Assembly (NCBI GenBank): GCA_000320545.1
Contig: ADNK01001892.1
Coordinates: forward strand, 1 to 64,000
Reading direction: 5' to 3'
Length of the DNA: 64,000 bases
Source: Bigelowiella natans CCMP2755
Taxonomy: Eukaryota; Protista; Cercozoa
Of this stretch, positions 1 to 15,414 are shown one piece after another (the stretch's first letter is position 1; each line of letters starts with the position of its first letter). The notes below the pieces were generated by a model. The model ran no database searches, was not told the DNA's origin, and saw nothing but the letters and a program-made list of their open reading frames with translations. The translations under genes and the position numbers were made by a program.

Positions 1-29
1 CTGCGAATGCATATCCAAGCCTAGGCGTA

Positions 30-142
30 TAACCCTAACCCTAACCCTAACCCTAACCCTAACCCTAACCCTAACCCTAACCCTAACCCTAACCCTAACC
101 CTAACCCTAACCCTAACCCTAACCCTAACCCTAACCCTAACC

Positions 143-183
<41 letters not shown>

Positions 184-296
184 CCCTAACCCTAACCCTA
201 ACCCTAACCCTAACCCTAACCCTAACCCTAACCCTAACCCTAACCCTAACCCTAACCCTAACCCTAACCCTAACCCTAACCCTAACCCTAACCCTA
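30..296 (-). repeat. Telomeric repeat array (TTAGGG)n, read as CCCTAA on + strand
   Basis: About 44 tandem TAACCC units, with one CCCTAAA variant near 160-167. C-rich strand on + is the orientation expected for a left chromosome end. Confidence 0.97.
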
Positions 297-1042
297 GAGG
301 GGTTTTGACGCATTGGAGACACTGCGCAGTTGGTTTTCGGTAAAAAGGATTGGTCGTGCGCAAACGCGCGCAGAATTTTGATTCAAAAGGCGCACAGAAG
401 CGGCGCATGGTGCGGGGCAGCGCGGGGCAAGGGGATTGAGCAGAACTCGCAGCTCGGGGCGGGGTGGGAGAAGTGCGAATGAAAAAAAAAATGAACTGTG
501 CCAAAAGTTTCCAAAGGACCCCTGCTTGGCATCTGAATCGAGTTTGCGAGAAATGAATGCGTCAATTTTTTTTTCAATTTTCGTGAAGTTGTGACCGGTT
601 TGGCCTGGACGTGGTGCTCGTGCATGCGATGTGTTGCTGATGCGACGAACAGAACAGTGCAGAAACCTCTTGCCTGTGTGCAGCGCGAGGCGACAGGAAT
701 TCCGCAGCTGGCGGTCAAGAGCAGCATTGAGCACATGCTGCATCTCGCACACGTCATGTGAGATGTGGCAAAATAACAAGACATGCTTCCCAATTGTCTT
801 GCCTTTGAAATTTAGCCATGCAATGCCATGAAGAAATGACATCAAAGCACAAATGTGAAATTGCAGTCGATGTGCCTCTCACTGCTACTGCACCAACGCG
901 TTTCATCACAGAACATGATCAAGATGCGTGGTGTTCTGACACCTTTCCATCCTCACGTCGCAACTTGATCTGCACACAAAAGAACAAATTTCATGAGATT
1001 TCTTTGAACCGAACCTTTCAGCGACAACTTTCAAGAAAAGTT
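297..1042. other. TpA-depleted island 1 (subtelomeric; overlaps last intron and exon of WDR7-like gene)
   Basis: Only 4 TA seen in about 745 bp (341, 774, 813, 886); none in 343-773 or 888-1042. GC and CpG are higher than in the flanks. Confidence 0.85.
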
Positions 1043-1376
1043 TACCATCTTTGGACTTATCCACACGATGCGGTTGTTCAAAAGAGCTTCACTCGTTGTT
1101 TGACCGGAAGGGGGGATTGTTATAGTAGCCAATTTCACTGTTTTTACACACTGACCCTAACAAATACGTCATCATGTAAACACAACTTTTCAAGGAAAGA
1201 TCTCCAAAAAGAAGACTGAAGTAAATACAGATGCAAAACCAATGGATTGGATATTATTCATCACACTAGAAGAAATTAATCAGCTGCACCTGAATTCCGA
1301 GAAAATTTGTCAGAAAGCCTTGAGATCCTGTCTCCCAAAACTTTAAGCATGCCTCGTCAGGCGAATAACTGGAAAT

Positions 1377-1414
<38 letters not shown>

Positions 1415-1914
1415 GACAACCGTTTGTACTAGACCATCACAGAAAAAGTTCGAACTGATTACTCGTAGATCAATCATATTAACAGATAAAAACATTGTTC
1501 GTTCACATTTCTATGCATATTACAAACTGCTGGATGTATGAGATACTTACGATGCCAAATATGTTGCGCTAGGATTGAAAGATACAGCCGTTATTGTTTT
1601 CTGATATCGGTTATAATTCAATTAGTTGATTGTTCACTATAAATTCCGATGAAACTACCAGAGTCAACAAATTTAATGAATAGTTATCGATAAATCTATA
1701 ATTGCAGTTCATTCAATAATGATACTACCTTATGTCCTGAAAGGATTCTCCATTTTGTTGCAGTTCTTAAGTCGTAGATTACTATTACAGAACTTGTGCG
1801 TGGAGTAGTTCCAACTAAATTCATTCATAGTTTCAACACAACAAAAATTTAATTAGATGGATATGTAAATGTGAGTTGTGTATGGGCAATAGATAATACA
1901 AATTGAAAAACAAG

Positions 1915-1989
<75 letters not shown>

Positions 1990-2568
1990 CGACAACCCTA
2001 CTGCAGCCACTGTATTAAATAATTATTCGCACAAACTGTATAATCACAAACCAAATTCTCCTCCGTACAAGCTATTCCATTATACTTGACTTTAATAATA
2101 CCCATCTTTCTTTCCGGGTAACCCCACTTCACACTCACTCCTTCATCATCTCGCTTGTGATTGCTTTATGTTTACCTGCAAATCGTTGGCTTTTTTGATG
2201 GAACGTCACCGAAGGATAATTTTGGACTAGTGCATGAAGCGCCGCTGTCGCAGGTCTAAATAAACAAATGTTGAAGAATCAACTTGGTAGGTAGGTGAAT
2301 GTCATGGTGTATAAAATTGAACATACACATCATAAACATCATGACTTGAAAGGCTGAATTCATGCTTGGGATTATGAGAAGGAAGGAAATATAACAAAAA
2401 CAACAACAAGAATCGACGTTACTACTAGTCGCGGGAAATGAATGATTTTGCAGAGCAAGATTGTGATGTGGGGGATCGATCGATGATTCTACTATTTAAC
2501 GCCGTCATCATTCGATAATGGTGTCAATCAGATTATATTAAACTTCATGGTGGAAAAGAGAAATATGG

Positions 2569-2603
<35 letters not shown>

Positions 2604-2656
2604 GAATACACATATCTGACCACCATTAAAACCGTCACTTAACTGATGTCACATTT

Positions 2657-2691
<35 letters not shown>

Positions 2692-3133
2692 GATCTCTTC
2701 TTCTTACTACCTTAACAGAGACTTTCTCAAAGCAGGAGCTGAGGGGTCCAAGCACTTAATAATGATCTGAGTGATAATACCAAACATAATAGCAAATATA
2801 AATAGAGACTGAGAAAGCATCTTCGATGGCTAAAATCCCCACTAACAAGGAGGCGCTCGTAGCAATGGTAGTAGTATTGATACAACGACGACGACAACGA
2901 ATTCAGTCTACAATTCGCAGCTACTAAATCAACAACTTTAAAGCTAAATCATTATCAAGTGCTGCTTGATTTTTCCATCATCTTCATAGTTGTTACCACA
3001 TTCTTCTATGCTATTATTCGTACAATTGAGAAATTAATAATGCTGCTAACAACGATGAGAATAAAAACATGATATATGTTAGTTGATCCACAACCATCGC
3101 GCACACTATTACTATTACTATTACTATTGCAGT

Positions 3134-3165
<32 letters not shown>

Positions 3166-3636
3166 TTTATTACTGCCACAACACACTACTACTGCATCTC
3201 TATCTGGTAAACTTATCGACTACCTGCACAGCTGACGGCAATGCTGTTATTAAGCTTGATGGATATCTGATACGAATATTAATACTAGTTAATATAATAT
3301 TATGTGTAGTGATTGAATAGTGTTCAATTTTCTCCATGATGACTCCGTTACCACCAGGGGGGGGAGAGAAGAAATATGAGGGGGAATGATTGCCAAAGTC
3401 TTCTTATTTAAATCGTTACAATTTCTTATTCATGTCTACAATACAATCTCCCCAATTGTTATCACATCGTGCTGAAATTACTAATTCCAACTCGCTGCTG
3501 CTATATATAGTGATACATAACTAATTTTATGAAGAAGATTAGTATTTTTTGAATGATTACTTTTTTACAAGAGCAACTATGGCAAACAAAGCCCCACTCC
3601 TGCATCGAGCCTAAGAGATTTATAATGAACAGATAG

Positions 3637-3667
<31 letters not shown>

Positions 3668-3933
3668 GGGTAGTAGTAGTAGTAGTAGTAATAGTAGTAA
3701 TGCAATGTTAGATGTCAATCGTACATGAGATGATGATATAAGAACAGAATTATTTATTTATTTATTTATTGTTGTGTTTTTACTACCACATGAATTAATA
3801 TAAGAACAGCAATATATAATAATAATTACTACCTGCGTTTTGAGGTTAAGTGCTTCGTTACCCATTTGTCGTATAAAGCTTCTTGGAGCGGATTGTCCTG
3901 CCTATGGAGAGAGGAAGAAGAGGAGGAAGAGGT

Positions 3934-3964
<31 letters not shown>

Positions 3965-4134
3965 AGGGGTAGTAGTAGTAGTAGTAGTAGTAGTACCTGC
4001 AATAAGGCCCTATGAGCTGCACCTGCTAAAGCAGCCCTTTTTATCAAAGATAAACGGTGCAACCTAACGGAACAACATCAATCACCATTTGATTATGCAA
4101 GAACTCATTTATCATCATCCATTCAACAAATTCA

Positions 4135-4166
<32 letters not shown>

Positions 4167-4469
4167 CTACAACGACACGCTGTCTGAAATATTGGAAGAA
4201 TCGATTTCTCTTCAACTAACTACTACTACTACCACAATAATAGATAAACATTACTTTGATATAAGAGAACCCACATCTGTTACATGCCGTCTCCACAGAA
4301 AGAAACCCTGCATTATACATACTACTTATGAATTCATTATTCTATTGTAATAACATCAATCTTGACTCTATCAACTTTCTTCTGATAGGGGATTAGTGAA
4401 TAATGTTTTCTTGTGCATGGTAATAACAATAGCACCACCACCACCACCACCAGCAGCAGCAGCAGCATC

Positions 4470-4507
<38 letters not shown>

Positions 4508-4754
4508 TGCTGTTGATGTTGTGCTCATTTCACTATTAAACATCTTTAAGCAGCAGCAGCAGCATCACTACCACAGTACCTTGCCCATCAACTCTGCTGC
4601 AAGAGATGACACGACGATATCTTGGGGACTCAATGCCTTACTACTACCAACAATAATGCCAAAGATGATACACTACAATTAATAGTAATTAGAAGCAATA
4701 GAATCGGTACTACTATTCTACTGCGGTTGTTATTTGGCCTACTAACACACACAG

Positions 4755-4789
<35 letters not shown>

Positions 4790-4919
4790 GTGTAACAGCT
4801 AGGTGTAAATTACATGCAATTGTATGTTTTGGTTCTTTGTTTTTTTTTAGATGTGGTGGTAGTAGTAGTATCACTGAGGAGAGGTTTCTTGTCTTGAACC
4901 AGCATCAAATATGACCTAA

Positions 4920-4952
<33 letters not shown>

Positions 4953-5575
4953 CGCGTTATTAATATTATAATAGATGTCATATATTTCTTATCAAAATAG
5001 AAAGAAAGTTGATATAAAGCAAACTTACTACTAGTAGCCATTCATTTATCTATAGATACAAGCACACATACTACTGCTAGCCATCCATTTATCGTTAGTT
5101 ATTTTTTCTTTGCATCTTCATCCTCCTCATCAGCATCATCGGATTATTTTCTACTAAACGCTTCATAACAATAATAACAATAGATAATAGTACCTTTAAG
5201 AGAGTTTCTGTGATTTGACTTACCACAGCGGATGTGAGTCGTATTGCCCCCCCCCCTCCTCCTTCTCCACTATTACTCTTTCTATCATCGTGATCATCGT
5301 CTTGGTGCTGCACAAGATTGCTGCTGCTGCTGCTACTGTCTTTTTTTGTGTCTATTTGTATTGAGAAAATTGTGAGAGAGGAAGAAAAAAGATTGGTGGA
5401 GATAATAACAAACAATATGTCATCTGTTATTTGCCATGTAGCAACGTAAGAAGACAACATGTTATCTTCTTTCACACACAAACTTATAAGTACAATCTGC
5501 TCTTTCTACCTCTTCCTCTCTCTCTCTCTCAAATGCGTACATACACATACACATAAACATCGCATGTACACACAG

Positions 5576-5610
<35 letters not shown>

Positions 5611-7447
5611 CGCGCGTTATATACATGTAGAATTTGTGTTTATTTTACTCAATATATCATGCAATTAGTACCTCCTCCTTTTTTCTGCTGTGGAATCCTC
5701 GTGGTAGTAGTGGTATTAGTAGTATTAGCCTTAGTATCACTATTCAATGATGGTTTTTGGCCTCCTCCTCCTCCTCCTGCTGCTGTGGATGATCTTGATG
5801 CTTGTTGTCTGATAAATAATAATTCAGGTAGCAATTCTACCAATAAAATATATAAAAGAAAAGACTGTTCCGTATGTTTTGAATACGAACAAAGGAATAT
5901 CCCTTCATCACTACTATGATGCTATTATCAAAACTGATACTTTCTTTTGTCCCCCCCATTGCTATTTCTTCTTGTTATTGTCCTAATTCTGATGTAACAC
6001 CGGATGAAGTGCTACTACCTTGCTACTAGTAGTAACCTCTCTCTCTCTCTCTCTCTCTCTATCTACATACTTACCTTTGTACTCCTCCTCCTCTTTCCTT
6101 ATTTTTCTGTCTTTTTCTCTGTTGGTCAGCAGCAATAAGACACAACACTAGGGCAGCTATCAACTTTCTATCCATAGAAGGATCAGAACTAAGAACCTGA
6201 AGTTATAATGATAAATATATAAAAGTTGATTAATAATAGGAGGAGGAAGGAGAGATGTGATTAGAGAATAAGCAGAGTTACAACCACAGGATATTGCTAC
6301 TACATATTTCTCTCACCAAAAAAATAATTAAGATGCAAGTAGGTATCACACATTATTCACTAACACTAATACTCTATACTGGTATTAACTACTTATTTAC
6401 CGGCGTTTCAAAGAAAGGAGATAAAGATCCTGCCCTTGTTCCAGTCATAATTGCAAGTCTATGTTTCACGGCAAATTTCTTTTCTAAAATAGGCTCAAAA
6501 TACTCTGGAGATGTCCATCGATCCACGATCTTACGTAATGTTGACAAAGAACTACGTTCTATTACCCCTTGTAGCAGAAGTCTTGAGGCCATATGCACCT
6601 CTTCAGTTTGATTATATGAATACACAACAAGAACTTCCACTGATGGCTCAACATACGTTGATAGATTATCTGGTAAATGCACTCCGTAATGGGAGACCAC
6701 TTGCGTGTAATACACTTGTTTGGAAGGATGCGAAGCAGAAAGCATTGTCATGCACAAAGCCGATAGAGATAATGAATGAATAGCTGTTAATGTTGGGCAT
6801 AATTCCCAACGAGAATTCCCCACCGAAGCTCCTGGAAACAGCAAGCATACTGCCTTGGATCGATAACTCATTACCTGATAATGATAATGATGATGAGAAT
6901 GAGAGAGAGAGATATGCAAATTTATATAATTACAAATAGCAATCATAAGTCACGGGTGGTGGTGATGTATGGTGACATAATAAATACATACTACTACCCC
7001 AAAAGCAGGTGTAGGATATGGACGCATAATAAATACGTACTACTACTACTACTACTACTACTACTACCCCAAAAGCAGGTGTAGGATATGGACGCCTAAA
7101 TCCAAACTGCTGCTTGAGTATCTTGTCAATCGATTTATCAACACCCCATTCAAACAGGTACGATAATACTGCACGTAAGGTCTGTGTAGCATCGCCTCCT
7201 CCCCCCCCTGCCCCTGCTCCTACATGACCACTGCCGCTGCCATGACCGCTACTACCCACACTGGCTCGGGATGATAGATGACGATATTGGGTTCTCAATT
7301 CTGAGATCAATCTATAATATATGGAAGAGGGAGGAGGAGGTATTTATTGTATTGGAAGAAATATAGATCAATTACATACAATATTTTAAAAAAAGAATGA
7401 CAAAGCGAGAAGAATCCTATGAAAAGGAAGAAAGTACCGAATACTAT

Positions 7448-7482
<35 letters not shown>

Positions 7483-7693
7483 TTACTACTATTACTACCG
7501 GTTCTACCTATTGACATTTATGCAAAACATATTGGCCCTCAATACGCTGCCTGCTCTGCCCATGTCGCACACCTATTATTTATTTTTGTAGGATATATGA
7601 GCAATATCACCGCTTTGTAGAAAATGTTAGTAGCAATAATACTACTTAGTTTGCTCATGTGTGGGTTTTTAGTGCAAATATAGACAGAGTTGC

Positions 7694-7736
<43 letters not shown>

Positions 7737-10700
7737 ATTATATTAATACAATTAATCGAGAAGTGGTGGACAACCAGTAATATATATATAGATGATGGTT
7801 GATGATATACAAATATAAATTGTTAATATATACAGATGGTGGTTGATGATATACAAATATAAATTGTTGGAAAATATGATGATACACATCAAGTATATTA
7901 CTACGTCAACTTGCATAAAAAATGTTTAACATTACTACTACTCATAGTACTACCTGCATGAGTGGTTCTCTGGCACTACTACTACTACTAACCATTTTAT
8001 TTCTGATATTATTGTTGCTACTACTACTGCTACTACTAGCAGCAGCATCATCACCCGATGATATAGCAGCAGCACTACTATATCGTCGTCTATTGTTATT
8101 ATTACTATTTCCACCATTATTATCACCCCCACCAGTTAAGGAGAAACTTTGACGATGCAACATACGAGCAGATCTAGATTTGCTAATTCCTCCATCATTT
8201 CCATCACTCCCTGCCACATTTTCGTAGTACTCCCCCCCCTTCACCCCCCTTCTCCTTCCCAAATCAGCATCTGTCCTAGAAAGCGGGGATGTGGAGGTAA
8301 TAGCACCGTCGATGGTAGTATCGTTTTTCTTATCATCATAATCGTTGTTATCACTCTTTGTTTGCTTCATTGAAGGCTGATTATTGCCCATTTCACCTAC
8401 TACAGTATGCATGGCAACACAACAACAACAACAACAACAAACAAACAAACAATTGGTAATAAGAAACAACTACAACAACAACAAGAACATCTGCTACTGC
8501 GAGTAACGATGGTGACTGATAAATGACTTTGGTTGTCGATAGAACAACATGACGACGACGACGATGATGATGATGATAATAATGCTGATAACGAGCTCAT
8601 TTTACAAGCAACGAGTAATTTATGGTAATATTATCAGTATTCCCCCTCTCGTCATTACCTCTGTTGATTCCGTATCCTCCTCCTCCTCCTCCTCCTCCTC
8701 CTCCTCCTTTTTCTTCAGTATTATTATTGGTAAAAAGACCAGAGATATGTGGCGATGATTGTGATCCAGCAAAAGGCCCTCCTCCTCCCCCCCCTCCCCC
8801 TAATGAATTTCTAGTACCACTACCAGTAAAAGTACTTGGCGAGATGACAGAGAACCGTAAATTTGGCTTATTTGGTGAATAAGACATTGTAGAGGATGCA
8901 ATAGGATGAGTGTTGGAAGATGATGTAAATCGAACGACATCATCGTAGTTGTACCCTGATGCTGCTGCTGCTGCTGATGATGATGATGAGCTACGACGAC
9001 GATGACGATATAACTTGCCATCGTTGGTATTATTATCATCTGTGGTATCCATTGGCAGCGATTGGAAGAAACTCTTTCCATTATCATCATCGTCATATTC
9101 ATCATAACCCTCCAACCTCATTGATGATGTAGAGGAATTGATTAAACCTCTAGAAACCAAGAAATCAGCAGCTTCCTGATAGGTAACAATACAGATCAGA
9201 TCATATATATAGTAGCATATGTAGATAATACTACAAGCTACTTTATATGAAAGCAATCTATCGATATGAGCAGTGGTGAGAGAGCATATTTACACAGCAG
9301 TTAACAACTTACTTTAAATGAAAGCAATCTATCGAGATGTCCGGTGGTGAGAGACCATATGTATACGGTGCCTGACACCGTTTGTGTCACGATGAAGTCC
9401 GTCTGTATTGCCCAGCGATTACGGTAGATTCCAACCACTCTTGAGTCATGACCTTCTAGTACCTGTTTGTTGCATCATGATGTTAAAAACTATATCACAA
9501 AAAACACCATGTATGCAGCTGTTTGCACACAGCAGCAGCATTGGGAAAAAATTCCTACATACTGCTCTACCACACAATGTACACACACACTACACACACA
9601 CACACACACACGCACTCATGTACACAAGATATATGTGGTATAATTGTATATTCTCTGAATATGATTGCTACGGAGGCTGCTGCTGCTATATCCACCATCA
9701 CCTGCATAGTGTCTAAATTGGACAAAGAGACTATGTGAATAGCGTTATCAGCTGTTACTGCCATCACCAAATCACCAACTTGTTCATTCTCGTCATCTAC
9801 CCCTCCTCCTCCTCTTCCCTTCCTCCTCCTCCTCCTCCTCCTTCTTGTCGATTCTGCTGTCTGTGGCCAATGAAGAGAGAGGACAGGGGACCGGCATCTA
9901 AATCGGCCTAATCTGTCTTTCTTTTGCAGATCCCATACACAAACACAACCATCTAGTCCCCCTGATACTAGTAGAGGAGTCTTTGTTGGACTTTGCTCAG
10001 GGGGAACGGCTACCATACACGTTACTTCGCCTTTATGTCCGTATTCAAACCGAACCTGACGATGATGATGATGATGATGATGATGATGATAATGATGATG
10101 ATAGTTGTAATGATAGCGATTGTAACGTGGATACTCGATCGATATCTACCAAAACACACACTTGAACAACAACGACAACAACAACAGCAACAACAGACAA
10201 CTATTAGTACTAAAACTACGAATATCACCTGATCGTTACCATCCAAAAGTGACGATGCTACAATACCTCCCTAATAGTCATTAAATACATAGTAAATGAA
10301 AACAAGAATATGTTAGCTGACTTACTTACTTACTACATGACAGCAAGAAGGAAAAACAAACAACTTTATCACGCTGCTGATAGTGATGATGGAAGAGTAT
10401 AATTGTTTTGTTGTTATTATCATCATGATGATCCATTATCCTTTATTATGTGTTTAGTAGTATTTCGTTTGTTTATTTGGTCAGTTTGTTTCATATCATT
10501 TGTTCGGTAGTAGCAGCACGCATAAATCCCAACCCAACCCTAACCAATCCACATCTTCCTCCTACTAGAAACACCACCTTTTGATATCCTCTTGCCAGTA
10601 GAAGGGCAATGTCGCGTGTACTGCTACTACTGCTACTTCCACCTCCTCCAGCAGCTAGTACACTCGCAGTACATGGATTGCTAACAAATTAGAGGATGAC

Positions 10701-10791
10701 GACGATAACAGCATTCAGTAGACAACATCATCATTAAAAATGGGGATTAAAATCGATGATAACACCCATGCTTAACAACACACATACACAC

Positions 10792-10826
<35 letters not shown>

Positions 10827-11015
10827 TATATACAATATACATATTGATATATTTGTACATCATCAATTGATATATTTGGTTGTTAGTCACTCACCCGTGT
10901 TGAGAATCAAAAGCATCATCAATTCGAAATATCGGGCTCATCAGGCCTCGCTGCTGCTCAAAAACCTTCCAAATCTAGTAATAATACAATAAACAGCAAC
11001 AACATATCAATTTAA

Positions 11016-11046
<31 letters not shown>

Positions 11047-11176
11047 ATGGTCTAATGTAATCTCATTAACGAGGAAGAAAACCATCAATACTGTGTATTA
11101 TCTCAAACTGAGCTGCTGCTGCTGCTTCTGCTGCTGCTTCAAATGCACGATATATGTATCTAAGTTGTACATCTAC

Positions 11177-11225
<49 letters not shown>

Positions 11226-11589
11226 CATGCATCTTTGAATAATAACACGTAATTATAGTCCAAAACTGAACTTTGCAGTTAGTACCCCTGCGACAACTCT
11301 GTTGTCTTTATTCTTGGTAATTTCTCTAGTTTTTTGGTGTAAGTAGGTCCAAAATTGGTGCTGTCCTCCTCCTCCTCCTCCTCCTCCTTTTCCTTTCTGA
11401 ATGATGACCTTACTTCGATCAACATTTCTATTTTTAACTGCCTCATTTCTTAAGCTTTGCCTGAAGTCGTAGTCGTAGTCGTAGTTGTAGTAGTAGTAGT
11501 AGTAGTAGTAGTAACCATCGTAACAACAAGAAGGCAGTTTGGGGTGGGAAATGTTATCATTTCGAGCATAGCATGAGAAGGAAGTGCAT

Positions 11590-11627
<38 letters not shown>

Positions 11628-12291
11628 ATATCATTATTATCACCATCATCGTTTAAAGCATATATTTCAGCGGGCACATCCATCAGTAGTAGTACTACTA
11701 TTTAAGTAGTATTGCAATACTAATTGACGGAATACTACTAACTACGATAAATGCGACAAAAGAAAGAGGAGAACACAGCAAATAGTAGTTAGTTGTCTTC
11801 TTCCTCCACTGTTACTCCTCCTCCTCCTCCTCCTCATCCCAACCGTTCTTGATGAGAGAGTTCCTGAATGGACTTTGGTGGGGGGGGGCATGGAAGCCAA
11901 ATCTGCGCCAAACCGGAGCCTGAGGTAGTAGTAGTAGTAGAAGTAGTAGTAGAAGGAAGATTGCAGCAGCAGCAGCAGCAGCAATAATATCAGTAAATAC
12001 TCAACGTGAGAACACGTAACTTACAAATAAATAACTATATATTACATATAGATACGTACCTCCTGCTGCAATGATAGTACCGTCGGGTGACATGTGCAGG
12101 TACACAGAATGTTGTATCGTCGCATCAGTAGTAGTAGTAGTAGTAGAAGTAGAAGGAGTAGGTGCAAATGAGGAGGAGGAGGAAGAAGCTGTTGGTACTG
12201 GTACTGAGACTGCTGATGGAGAACACTTTGTACTCTCCTGCCCATCCTTCAAATCGCCATCGACTGCTGAAAGTAAACACGCAAAATAATG

Positions 12292-12323
<32 letters not shown>

Positions 12324-12339
12324 ACACACACACTGCCAT

Positions 12340-12371
<32 letters not shown>

Positions 12372-13792
12372 TTTATGATATATAGTGAGAATGAAGGAGG
12401 AAGTTTCTCAACACACCAGAATGATATATAGTGAGAATGAAGGAGGAAGTTTCTCAACACACCAGAGAGCAGCAGCAGTAATGCTACAGCTTATTGATAA
12501 ACATTATTATTCCTATTCTTATTCTGATTTGTTATGATTATTATCAGCAGCACGCACATGCTGTTTAGTTTAAGAATAAAGTGTAGTAATAAATATACCC
12601 ACCGCTGCTGCTCTTGTTGTTGTTACCATGTTCATCCTCGATATGATTGTGGTGGTAGTGGCTGCTGCTTGATTTGTCCTTTTTCTCGAATTCTACGGCT
12701 AAAGTAATGATTATCACTAATTAATAATCTTCTTTATTAGAAAAACAAAAACACTTCAAATAGACCCTATTACTGCTACTACTACTACTACTACTACATC
12801 ATTCTTATTCTCATCATCATGATCATATGATGACTGACACATCCTCGCAGAACAACAACATTGCCAGATAAGAATTCATCATCATAATATTGCGTAGGCA
12901 TGAGAGCAGTGTCGGCATAGTATTAGTATTGTTTGTAGTAGTGAGATGAGAGTAGTAGTGTCAACATGCTGCAGGATATTATAATATACATATATTATAT
13001 TCAATGTTTCACATAATAGTAGAATAATAATAATACTGGTGTTCACCTATATTATATTCAATGTTTCACATAATAGTAGAATAATATTAATACTGGTGTT
13101 CACTACCCTAGCACCACAGCAATATCACACCACTACCACCTCACCTTTAAATCGAATCGATCCTGTAGTGCTTGTTGTACTTGTTGTTGCTCTAATAGTA
13201 CGACTATTTTGCTGCTGCTGCTGTTGTACCGATGCATAATGGAGATAACAAAGACAAAGGACCTTTTTCAGTTATAATTGATGATATTGATGATGATGAT
13301 GATGAAAATGATAATGAGGATGAATCTCCTCCTTTAAGTCGTTCGTTAGTACGATGATGATTTTCTTGACCAAAAATTGGAAATGGTGCTGCTGCTGCTT
13401 TGGTATCATGTCGATATTATGTACATTAACAAGCAGTTCTACTACTTTGGCATGTCGATATTATGTATACATTAACAAGCAGTTCTACTACTACTACTAC
13501 TACTACAAACAATAATAGCGGCGATCTATTGGTTGCTTTTAATGGATGATGGCAAATACTCGTTGTCGTTGTCATTCTCTGACTATTATTATCCATGGTG
13601 ATGATAATAATTGACATAACATTTCTGTTGTAATAATGGCACTTATGCTGCTACTACTGCTGCTACTTACTACTACTATTAGTACATTATATTCCTCAAC
13701 TGGCCGCAGAGGCAGCGTGTAATTCTTGTTTATATTGCTTAGCATATCGATGTCTACATCCACACCCCCCAGTATATCATCCACAAGATCTT

Positions 13793-13826
<34 letters not shown>

Positions 13827-14277
13827 GTATGCAGGAGGCAAGTAGTGCTAGTTGCATTTATTATTTCAGATACTACAATCTATCAAAGACACAATAATCA
13901 ATAAATCATTCATCATCAATTACTGCACAATCATTTCCGGGGAGAGGGATTCTAGATAATATTCTTTTAGTGCCTTATCATCATTATTGTTATTATTATT
14001 ATCATTACATGATCGAGAACAATGAAACGAAGTGGCCTTTCTGGATCAATACTTTCCTAACATTAATTGTTAATTCATACACATCACTATATCAATCGAT
14101 ATTTTCAATAATTGATTTCTGAGGCAGATAGTAACTAGCTAATTATGTGAAATAAAGGTATTATGAATTGAATGAATGAATGATAATGATGATGAGAATA
14201 ACCATCATTCTCCATTTCAAAAAGATGGCACTAGCTCTATACTATATAGCACATCATAAATGAATATGGTATCGAAG

Positions 14278-14316
<39 letters not shown>

Positions 14317-15069
14317 AGATATTATCATAAATACTATCTTGATTAATCTCAGCAGTCTCTCAACGTACGATACAACAACGTTAGGCATTTATATATTTTC
14401 CATTGTGTCAGCAGCAGAGCATACAATTACTACCCCTTCTTCTTCTTCATCATCATCATCATCATCATTGTCATATGAATGTTGTATGCATGCATTCTTG
14501 ATAGATAGTAGCAAGTAGTTGGGTATTATGATATAAAATCGCTATGATGTATTTATCGATCACCGTTGGTAAGATGATATCACGCCAGTGAGGATTGGGG
14601 TCATTATGAACCACCTGTTGTTGTTGTTGTTGGTGGAATGATTGATTAGTATATATGCAATATGCAGTAGTAGGTTTTGTGAGCAAATAGAATAACAACC
14701 GTTGTATACTGTAATTATGTTGATTCATTCATTAGAAATCATTCATGTTGTTGTTGTTGTTGTTGATGATGATGATGATCATATCGCATCATTACTACCT
14801 CCGTTTCCCAAAGTAGCTCATCTCCACTGTACACCTGAGACGATAATTAATTATATAGAAAATGTCAGAATAATGAGATGATGGTGAGGTTATTGTTGTT
14901 AATGTTGTTGTTGTTCACTACTTTTCTTCTAAACATGTTATAGTAATTAATAGTGTGCTGTGCTCGAAAGAGCAAACGTTCTATTAGCAAACGTTCTACT
15001 AGCATACGTTCTACTAGCATACATGCACATACATAGTACTATTTTATATTGATTGCTGCAATGTTTTCT

Positions 15070-15100
<31 letters not shown>

Positions 15101-15370
15101 CAGTAGTTGTAGTTGTAGCAGTAGTAGTAGTGGCTATTATTTGGCCGCTAACCCTCTTTCTGTCCTCCCAGCTAAACTAACTGTTAACAACATATTCTTC
15201 CAATGTACTACTACTAGTACTTCTACTAATCATCCTCATCCTCATCATCATCATCATCATTATTACTATTACTACCTGCAGATATGGATCGCTTGTTGAC
15301 GTCCTTTCTAAATGCTCTTTTAAGCCTACGCCTACTGCCCTTATGCGGATATTCCTGATAGAATAAAGAG

Positions 15371-15414
<44 letters not shown>

